NCBI GenBank assembly: GCA_945862145.1 | Contig: CAMAXE010000002.1 | Coordinates: 72,284-136,283 of the forward strand | Length of the DNA stretch: 64,000 nucleotides | Source: Klebsiella pneumoniae | GTDB lineage: Bacteria; Pseudomonadota; Gammaproteobacteria; Pseudomonadales; UBA5518 | Direction of reading: 5' to 3' | Part shown: positions 57,810 to 64,000 of the stretch, one piece after another | Numbering within the stretch: position 1 is the first letter of the stretch | How the letters are laid out: each line of letters opens with the position of its first letter | The notes under the pieces: generated by a model | The model's database searches: none | What the model was told of the DNA's origin: nothing | The model's input: only the letters and a program-made list of their open reading frames with translations | Made by a program: the position numbers and the translations under genes

Positions 57810-58340
57810 ATGCGCCGCACGTTGCTTGGCTTGTCTCTTGTTGCCGCCAGTGGTGCAGCCTTGGCCGCTTGCCCGGAGTACCTTAACCAGGACATGCGCC
57901 CCCTCGGCAAGACTGAGACGGTCAATCTTTGCGAGCGCTATGCGGGCAAGCCGATGCTGATCGTCAATACCGCGAGCCACTGCGGCTTCACCCCGCAGTT
58001 CAAGGGCTTGGAGAAGGTCTACGCCACTTACCGGGAGCGCGGTTTGGTAGTTGCAGGTTTCCCCAGTGATGACTTCAAGCAGGAAGCGAAGAGCGCGGAG
58101 GAGACCGCCAAGGTCTGCTACGTCAACTACGGCGTCACCTTCGACATGTATTCGGAGATCCACGTAAAGGGCAGCGACGCCCACCCTCTGTTCCGGGAAC
58201 TCGGCGCCGAAACCGAGGCCCCGAGCTGGAATTTCAACAAATATCTAGTCGATCGCGATGGCAAGGTCGTGGCGCATTTCGGCTCCATGACCTCGCCCGA
58301 TGACAAGGACCTGACGGCGGCGATAGAAAAGCTGCTGTGA
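57810..58340 (+). CDS. Glutathione peroxidase (Cys-type), exported
   Basis: Re-called to the ATG at 57810 (MRRTLLGLSLVAASGAALA signal peptide). LIVNTASHCGFTPQF (peroxidatic Cys), GFPSDDFKQE and WNFNKYLVDRDG. Confidence 0.88.
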   Translation: MRRTLLGLSLVAASGAALAACPEYLNQDMRPLGKTETVNLCERYAGKPMLIVNTASHCGFTPQFKGLEKVYATYRERGLVVAGFPSDDFKQEAKSAEETAKVCYVNYGVTFDMYSEIHVKGSDAHPLFRELGAETEAPSWNFNKYLVDRDGKVVAHFGSMTSPDDKDLTAAIEKLL

Positions 58341-58432
58341 GCTGATCTGACAGGTGCTGCCCCCATAGCCGAGCCTGCGACCGAAGGCTTATGATCGATC
58401 GAACGAGGTCGTTCCCTGGAGCTCCTCCCCCG

Positions 58433-59089
58433 ATGTCATTACGCTTCTTGTTGCGCAGCGTTGCGCTCGGCACCTTAGTGCTGATTGTAGGCTGCACCGT
58501 GACCAAGATCGATGAGCGGCGCATCACCACCGCTACCGTCCAGTCCGGGGACACGGTGGTGGTCCTAGGTAGGCGCCACAGCAGTGACTATGAAACCGAG
58601 CCCGACTTTATCCGCTGTGTGGGGCATGGCGTGGAGCGGGCGGGCGCCCGCGTGCTGCCCGAACTCGAGTTCATGAACACCTTTTACCCGTGGTTCGAGC
58701 CGCGCACGGCCCCGATGAGCCTGAAGCGCTTCCAGGCGCTCAGGAACAAACCTCTGTTTGCACAGCGGCTGCGCGAATCGAGCCTGCGCTACATCGTGTG
58801 GGTGGACGGGCAGACCGAGACGGTGGACAAGGCGGGCTCCATATCGTGCGCGGTGGGGCCGGGGGGCGCGGGCTGCATTGGCTTTGGCACCTGGGACGAC
58901 ACCTCCACCTACGAGGCGAGTGTCTGGGATCTGCAGAAAATGGATATTGTCGCGCAGATCAGCGCAGAGGCGTCGGGCACCTCCTACATGCCCGCACTGA
59001 TCGTGCCGATCCCCTTGATCGCGCGGGTGCAGGCGGCCGCCTGTGACGGCCTTGCCACGCAACTGAAAACGCTCTTCTCCACGCAATGA
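58433..59089 (+). CDS. Hypothetical lipoprotein
   Basis: Re-called to the ATG at 58433 (MSLRFLLRSVALGTLVLIVGC lipobox). No recognisable domain. Its stop overlaps the start of the M48 protease gene (ATGATG). Confidence 0.6.
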   Translation: MSLRFLLRSVALGTLVLIVGCTVTKIDERRITTATVQSGDTVVVLGRRHSSDYETEPDFIRCVGHGVERAGARVLPELEFMNTFYPWFEPRTAPMSLKRFQALRNKPLFAQRLRESSLRYIVWVDGQTETVDKAGSISCAVGPGGAGCIGFGTWDDTSTYEASVWDLQKMDIVAQISAEASGTSYMPALIVPIPLIARVQAAACDGLATQLKTLFSTQ

Positions 59090-60525
59090 TGCCCCGGTTG
59101 TTTCTTGGCGCCTGCCTGCTTGCCCTCGCGCCGGCGACTTCCGCCATGTCGGAGAAAAAAGAAGCCGAGATCGGCAAGAAGATGCACGAGGATCTGCTTG
59201 CCAAGATGCGCAGCTACGACAACCCGAAGGTTGTCGATTACGTGACCCGCCTTGGCAAGGCTCTCGCGGCCAACAGCGACGGCCCCGATATCGCCTACAC
59301 ATTCACGGTACTCGACAGCCCCGATATCAACGCCTTTGCCACGCCGGGCGGCTACGTGTACATCAATCGCGGCCTGCTCGCCTATCTCGATTCCGAGGCC
59401 GAGCTCGCCGGCGTGATGGCCCACGAGATTGCGCACGTCACCGAGCGTCACGCATCCCGGCAGGATTGGATGGGCAAGGGCAGCAGTGTCGCCTCCGCCG
59501 TGGTGGGGATTCTGGCGGCCATCAGCACCGGTAGCGGTGCGGTGGGCGGCGTGACGCAGGACGCGGCGTCCATGGCGGGCACGGCGATGGTGCGGGGCTA
59601 CGGCCGTGACATGGAACTCGAGGCCGATCGCGTGGGCGCGCGCTACATGCACAAGACCGGCTACGACCCGCAAGCCATGGTCGAGGTTCTGGGCGCACTG
59701 AAGGATCAGGAGAGTTTCATGCGCGTACGGGCGCGCAAGGAAGGCAAGCAGGCGACGACGTATCACGGCGTGTTTTCCACGCACCCCGAGAACGACGAAC
59801 GGCTGAAGGAAGTGATCGCCGAGGCCGGCAAGCTCGATGACGGCGTGCACCGCGAAACCCGTGCCGAGGTTTTTCGCGAAACCATCGACGGCATGAAATT
59901 CACCGAGGAGCCGCGCGCCGCCGCGGTGATCGACAACCGCTACTACAACGGCAAGATGGGCTTCACCGTGGCCTTCCCGACGGGCTGGCAGGTGATGAAG
60001 CGCTCCAGCACCGTGCTCTCAGGCCCCAACCGCGACAACACGATCCTGCAGATGGGCGTGAAGCGTGCGGTGCCGGAACTATCGCCACAGGACTTCGCCG
60101 GTCAGATGCTGGGTATGAAGCCACTGCAGGATGTGGAGGAACTGAAAGCCGGCGAGGGCATCGACGGTTTTACCGGGGTATTCCCCCAGCAGGGCGGGGC
60201 ACCGGCGCGGCGGGTTGCGGTGCTGTACTTCGGCTCTTACGCCTACATCTTCGAGGGGCGCACCGCCAATGCGGGACTCGCGCCGTTCTACGACACCATG
60301 TTCCTCTCCGCCATCCGCAGTTTCCGTCCCATGACCAATGCCGACCGCGATGCCGTGCTCGGTATCCAGATTCACTACATCGAGGCGCCCGTGGGCATCA
60401 CCTTCGCCAAGTTGGCCACGACCAGTCCGGTGAAGCCTTACCCCGAGGAAATGCTGCGACTGGTCAATGGCTATTACCCCCGTGGCGAGCCCGAACCCGG
60501 GGAGTGGATCAAGGTGTTTCGCTGA
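59086..60525 (+). CDS. M48-family zinc metallopeptidase with an extended C-terminal domain
   Basis: 479 aa with a signal/lipobox-like N-terminus (LFLGAC). It has NAFATPGGYVYINRGLL and the HEIAHV zinc motif. The ~200-aa C-terminal extension ends in a LysM-like stretch (IHYIEAPVGITFAKLA...LVNGYYP...GEWIKV). Confidence 0.85.
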   Translation: MMPRLFLGACLLALAPATSAMSEKKEAEIGKKMHEDLLAKMRSYDNPKVVDYVTRLGKALAANSDGPDIAYTFTVLDSPDINAFATPGGYVYINRGLLAYLDSEAELAGVMAHEIAHVTERHASRQDWMGKGSSVASAVVGILAAISTGSGAVGGVTQDAASMAGTAMVRGYGRDMELEADRVGARYMHKTGYDPQAMVEVLGALKDQESFMRVRARKEGKQATTYHGVFSTHPENDERLKEVIAEAGKLDDGVHRETRAEVFRETIDGMKFTEEPRAAAVIDNRYYNGKMGFTVAFPTGWQVMKRSSTVLSGPNRDNTILQMGVKRAVPELSPQDFAGQMLGMKPLQDVEELKAGEGIDGFTGVFPQQGGAPARRVAVLYFGSYAYIFEGRTANAGLAPFYDTMFLSAIRSFRPMTNADRDAVLGIQIHYIEAPVGITFAKLATTSPVKPYPEEMLRLVNGYYPRGEPEPGEWIKVFR

Positions 60526-60620
60526 GGTGCAGCGTGAGCCGCGAACGCGGTTGGTGTTTCATCAAGATGGCAGCACCAGCAAGTCGGGCTCCTAAGGTCG
60601 TCGAGAGAGCAGCGCCCGCA

Positions 60621-60754
60621 AGTCGGGAGCGGGGAGCGGACTGCTGCTACCGGCGCTAGGTACATCCATGTACCGCGCCTACCTGCATGCCCGGGATCGC
60701 TCCCGACGATCCCGGCCATGAAGGCGCGCCGCAATCCGCTCCCCACTCCCGACT
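60621..60754. repeat. 134-nt nested-hairpin element closed by a 20-bp inverted repeat
   Basis: AGTCGGGAGCGGGGAGCGGA (60621-60640) pairs with TCCGCTCCCCACTCCCGACT (60735-60754), 19 of 20 complementary. Inside are GGCGC-ta-GGTACAT-cc-ATGTACC-GCGCC (60652-60679) and CCGGGATCG-ctcccga-CGATCCCGG (60691-60715). Confidence 0.8.
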
Positions 60755-60878
60755 CGCTCGAACGACGTTTTTGCCAACCCCATTTGATGCTTCGGTGGCC
60801 TCGGGGACACGGCAATCCCGTGGAATCGCGACGCAACCGTTTGGTGCCTCATGCGTGCGGCATGAGGGCGAAAACGCG

Positions 60879-61178
60879 GTTGATCGCGGGCACGGCCCGC
60901 TCCTACGCGGGTAGGGGGACATGTCGTGAGGTCACGGCGAAAATATTTTTCCGGCTGTAGGAGCGCGCCATGCGCGCGAAAATATTCAGTCCCCCGAATC
61001 CCTTGGAATCGGCACGGCAACCGATCGAGTTGATCGCGGGCACGGCCCGCTCCTACGCGGGTAGCGGGCAATGCCGTGAGATCACGGCCCAAAGATGTTC
61101 TCGGCTGTAGGAGCGCGCCATGCGCGCGAAAATATTCAGTCCCCCGAAACTCTTGGAATCGGCGCGGTAACCGATCGA
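60879..61178. repeat. Two tandem 150-bp units, each with a divergent pair of REP-like palindromes
   Basis: The units are 60879-61028 and 61029-61178. Their ends are near-identical and the central ~40 bp differ. Each contains GATCGCGGGCACGGCCCGCTCCTAC (minus-strand REP; 60882-60906 and 61032-61056) and GTAGGAGCGCGCCATGCGCGCGAA (plus-strand REP; 60957-60980 and 61107-61130). A partial third copy of the unit end lies at about 60806-60838. Confidence 0.85.
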
Positions 61179-61185
61179 GCGCTTC

Positions 61186-61273
61186 GCGCGGGTGCTGCAA
61201 CCCTGCGAGTTCAAGGCGCGAAGCGCGGGCGCTGCAATCTGCCGGCTCAAGTCACGAAGCGCGGGTGCTGCAA
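61186..61273. repeat. Three copies of GCGCGGG[T/C]GCTGCAA spaced ~37 bp apart
   Basis: The copies are at 61186-61200, 61223-61237 and 61259-61273. In addition, GCGCTTCGCGC (61179-61189) and GCGCGAAGCGC (61216-61226) form an 11-bp inverted repeat. Confidence 0.75.
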
Positions 61274-61304
61274 TCGCAAACCCCTTAAACAGCCCCACCG
61301 ACAC

Positions 61305-63410
61305 TCAGGGATCGCGCGGAAACCGCTCCGTCCAGCGCTTTTCGCGGAGCAGCTTGCCGTTCTCGAACACGCGGCGCACGTAGTCGTAGTGATAGGCCTC
61401 GAGATCGCTGCGGAACTCGAGTTCAGCCTCCCAGCGCAGTTTGCGGCCTGGCAGATCAACCTCCATGTGGTGGGTGCCGATCATGGCCGTGTTCTCCGGA
61501 TGTGCATCCGAGGTGCTGTGCTCGATGCGCTCCTCGTAACGCTCCTCGCCCCAGGGGTAACGCTGGGCGCCCTTGTTCGTGGCCACGGCTACCGCCTCAC
61601 CGGTCTGCGGGTTGCGGCGCATCTCCGAGATCTCGCCGTAGCCCGAAGGATTGCCATCGTCGATACGGGCGAAACCGGCGAGCTCCGGGCCCGGCTCGGC
61701 CGGGAGGAAGTCCGGCGCCGGGCGCTTTGCCGGCGCCACAACAGGCAACAGGATCCGTGAGCCATCGACCCCGCCGATGCTGAGCGTGGTCGTCATCGGG
61801 TGTGGTGAGGGCCACATCATCGGCCACTGCGCGTTGTTTACCGACACGCGGATGCGGTGGTTTTTGGGGAACACCCAGGAGGTGAAGTGCAGCTCGATTT
61901 CCAGCGGGAATTCCTCGCCGGATTTCAGGAGTTCGGGTGCGCGCGCGGATTTTCTATGGGTGCCGTTGAAACCTGCACCTGCCACCTGCGTCACGGTGCC
62001 GTCGGGCGCGACATCCGAGACCTTCACGAACCAGTTGGCGCGCTGGGCGTCGGCGCTTACCCGCAGTTGGGCGTGGGGCATGCCGAGTATTTCCATCTCC
62101 TCGGTAAGTGGGGCCGAGTCGTAGACCAGACTGAAGGCATCGGTGCCGCGCTGGTCGTGCGCCACATCACCCCACCACATCACGGGCCCGCCGGCCTCCA
62201 TGCCGGTGGACGGCACGTAGCGCAGCATGTGCGAGCGGCGTTCGCGCTCGGGAGCGCCCAGCGTGTGCGAGTCGCGCAGGCTGAATACGCGGTCTTTCAC
62301 GCGGTCGATGGGCCAGCCTTCCTCCCAGCGCCAACGCCCGGGTACGGTCTCGAGGTAGGGCCCCGGCGGGTGCCAGTCGCGTACGTACACGGCAAAGCGC
62401 GGCTCTTCCATGATCCCGGTGTCGATGCCCTTCAACCAGTGGTCGAACCAGCGCACCGCCTCGTAGCGCCACTCCATGCCCGGCTTGGGATAGGGCTCGT
62501 TCGGAAAGGCGTGCGACCACGGCCCGATCATGGCTTTCACCGGGCCGCCCGCCTGGGCGAGAGCGCGCGGGATGACATCGCGGTAGCCGTCGTACCAGCC
62601 ACCGATATAGAACCCGGGCACGATGATTTTCGATTGGCGGTCGCGCCAGGAGGCACGGTCCCAGAAGGCGCCGTCGCGCTGCTGGCGCTTCCAGGTGAGC
62701 ATCCACGGCGGCGTGTCGAAACGCTGGCGGAAGTTATCGTCGTCGATCCGGTAATCGGGTGCGCCAGGGCGAGCATTGTCCAGCTCCTGGCTCATCTCCC
62801 AGGAATCAAGGTGCATGATGCCGTCAATGAAGTGGACGTCTTCCTGATAGAGATCGTCGGTGGCGTCCACCGCGATGAAGGCCTTCAGCGCGGGCGGGTT
62901 GCGGCCTGCCATCTGTATGGAATTGAAGCCGCCCCAGGAGATGCCGAACATCCCCACCTTGCCGGTGGACCACGACTGCTTCGAGAGCCAGTCGATCACC
63001 GTCTCGCCGTCTTGTTGCTCGATATCGGAATACTCGTAGGGCACCAGCGTGCCCTCGCTGTTTCCGGTGCCGCGGATATCGACCCGCGCCACGATGTAAC
63101 CCCGCGCAACGAAATACGCGTAGAGCGGCCAGTTGCGCCCGCGGGCCTCGGTCTTGCGGTAGGGGAGGTACTCGAGCAGCACGGGGAAGCTCTGACCCGC
63201 GCTGCCGCCGGTCGGCACATAGAGGTCTGCGGCCAGGCGCACGCCATCGGGCATGGCGATGGTGGCTTCCTTCAGTTCCATGCCGTAGCGCGGTTCGGAG
63301 GGCTGGGCGGGTTCCTCGCCGGGACCCACCGCCAGACAGCGCTCGGACAGCAGGAGCATGGCAGCAAGGGCAAGGCGGATGACTGACGACATCTGGCTCT
63401 CCGAAGGCAA
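61305..63410 (-). CDS. CocE/NonD-family hydrolase (S15 X-Pro dipeptidyl-peptidase-like), secreted
   Basis: 701 aa with a signal peptide. DGVRLAADLYVP..., VLLEYLPYRK, GYIVARVDIRGTGNSEG and the nucleophile GISWGG. The start may be the downstream ATG at 63392. Confidence 0.88.
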   Translation of the reverse strand: MPSESQMSSVIRLALAAMLLLSERCLAVGPGEEPAQPSEPRYGMELKEATIAMPDGVRLAADLYVPTGGSAGQSFPVLLEYLPYRKTEARGRNWPLYAYFVARGYIVARVDIRGTGNSEGTLVPYEYSDIEQQDGETVIDWLSKQSWSTGKVGMFGISWGGFNSIQMAGRNPPALKAFIAVDATDDLYQEDVHFIDGIMHLDSWEMSQELDNARPGAPDYRIDDDNFRQRFDTPPWMLTWKRQQRDGAFWDRASWRDRQSKIIVPGFYIGGWYDGYRDVIPRALAQAGGPVKAMIGPWSHAFPNEPYPKPGMEWRYEAVRWFDHWLKGIDTGIMEEPRFAVYVRDWHPPGPYLETVPGRWRWEEGWPIDRVKDRVFSLRDSHTLGAPERERRSHMLRYVPSTGMEAGGPVMWWGDVAHDQRGTDAFSLVYDSAPLTEEMEILGMPHAQLRVSADAQRANWFVKVSDVAPDGTVTQVAGAGFNGTHRKSARAPELLKSGEEFPLEIELHFTSWVFPKNHRIRVSVNNAQWPMMWPSPHPMTTTLSIGGVDGSRILLPVVAPAKRPAPDFLPAEPGPELAGFARIDDGNPSGYGEISEMRRNPQTGEAVAVATNKGAQRYPWGEERYEERIEHSTSDAHPENTAMIGTHHMEVDLPGRKLRWEAELEFRSDLEAYHYDYVRRVFENGKLLREKRWTERFPRDP

Positions 63411-63504
63411 TGGCTGCGTGTCCGGCTCAGTACTCTTCCATCAGGGCACCGAATCCCTCGAACCAGTCCATGATGCCGTTCCTGCGCAATGCATGCCAGT
63501 AGGT

Positions 63505-63874
63505 GGCGGTGTTGATCGCGATCACGGGATAGACATCGGCTTTGGCGACGCGCTCGAGCCTGAGCCCGAGACACTCGACTATCCCGTTCTGCTAGACGTG
63601 CCGCCGCCGCAGCTCCGCGGCTATGCTCGAGAGACCGTGATAGCCGAGAAGTTCGAGGCGATCATGTCGCTCGGCCGCGACAGCACTCGTATGAAGGACT
63701 TCCATGACATCTGGATTCTCAGCCGGGCCTTCATCTCCACCGATGATCGCTTAGCGCGCGCAATGGATAGCCTTTGTCGAAACGGTCGATGTCGATCCCG
63801 GGGATCTCGCCACCATCCTCGCTGACCTTTCGGCTTTTCTCATGCCGCATGCAACCGCAGCGCAATCGATGTAA
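63505..63874 (+). pseudogene. Remnant of an AbiEii/AbiGii-family nucleotidyltransferase toxin gene (5'-truncated, internally frameshifted or deleted)
   Basis: ..GIDIGFGDALEPEPETLDYPVLLDVPPPQLRGYARETVIAEKFEAIMSLGRDSTRMKDFHDIWILS matches the conserved core of the DUF1814/AbiEii family. The first ~130-150 aa are missing. After about 63775 the homologous C-terminal tail (..DLATILADLSAFLMP..) continues in the +1 frame to TAA at 63872-63874. Confidence 0.6.
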
Positions 63875-64000
63875 CTTGATGGAACGCGGCCGAGACGGCC
63901 GGGGAAAACCAGGTTTCGTCAGTTGCTGAGTGATCTTGGCTAGACGCGACTGATCAAATCAGTCCTGCCGCTTCGGGCGGTTGGTTGCCTTTAGCTGCAA

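Noticed and set aside
60679-61200. 173-aa minus-strand ORF with internally repeated peptide segments (..FRGTEYFRAHGALLQP.. occurs twice).
   Set aside because: It is generated entirely by reading through the tandem REP units. The protein-level repeats simply mirror the 150-bp DNA duplication. There is no SD and no domain.
61186-61273. Regularly spaced short repeats considered as a mini-CRISPR array.
   Set aside because: There are only three copies of a 15-nt core with ~22-nt intervals, too short for CRISPR repeats or spacers. The repeats are palindromic REP-like sequences, and there are no cas genes or leader.
63427-63567. Minus-strand reading ..VAKADVYPVIAINTATYWHALRRNGIMDWFEGFGALMEEY*, which looked like the C-terminal fragment of another gene.
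   Set aside because: I cannot assign it to any family. Its 5' part overlaps the plus-strand stretch that matches the AbiEii DIGFGD core, so it is more likely antisense noise. It remains unresolved without a database search.

Overview
GC-rich (by eye, not computed) gammaproteobacterial chromosome segment. The regulators are of the Pseudomonas/Vibrio type (FleQ-FleS-FleR) and the REP-like repeats resemble the Pseudomonas type. Note that 'M' in the ORF track sometimes stands for GTG or TTG. Where an internal ATG with a Shine-Dalgarno (SD) sequence fits better, I re-called the start.

Layout:
- 1-992: 3' end of a GT2 glycosyltransferase plus its DUF2064 partner.
- 0.9-22.6 kb: polar-flagellum locus. 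It runs flgN-flgM-flgA (minus), flgBCDEFGHIJKL (plus), fliT-like/fliD/flaG/fliC (minus), then fliS-fleQ-fleS-fleR (plus). Three sigma28 (TAAAGTTT-N11-GCCGATAA type) and several sigma54 (GG-N10-GC) promoters can be read directly.
- 22.8-45.7 kb: mostly housekeeping and accessory genes. These are a 2-hydroxyacid dehydrogenase, a TonB-dependent receptor, valS-(small ORF)-holC-pepA, an RDD protein, an OmpR/HK two-component pair, a Pro/Ala-repeat protein, AraC, thioredoxin-like proteins, YbbN-like, BolA, and ppk/ppx with a Pho box. A PLP dehydratase, a VOC protein, truD and a SnoaL-like protein follow.
- 45.8-57.8 kb: a meta-cleavage 'lower pathway' operon (hydrolase-hydratase-acetaldehyde DH-aldolase). 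With it are an MFS transporter, a LuxR regulator, SDRs, uppP, a frameshifted trans-sulfuration gene and a separate extradiol dioxygenase.
- 57.8-64 kb: glutathione peroxidase, a coupled lipoprotein/M48 protease pair, a 0.77-kb repeat-dense intergenic region, a CocE/NonD hydrolase and a degraded AbiEii toxin gene at the right edge.

I found no rRNA, tRNA, CRISPR array, intact mobile element or intact recognisable defence system. I did not find a convincing novel multi-gene system.

The most unusual items are:
- Nested-hairpin elements in ~290-bp spacers inside the catabolic operon, one of which splits the normally adjacent acetaldehyde-DH/aldolase pair.
- A G11 tract in the flgA/flgB divergent control region.
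- fliS displaced from fliD/fliT, with back-to-back sigma28 promoters.
- A 27-aa-repeat protein of unknown family.
- A small Arg-rich ORF translationally coupled to a thioredoxin-like lipoprotein.
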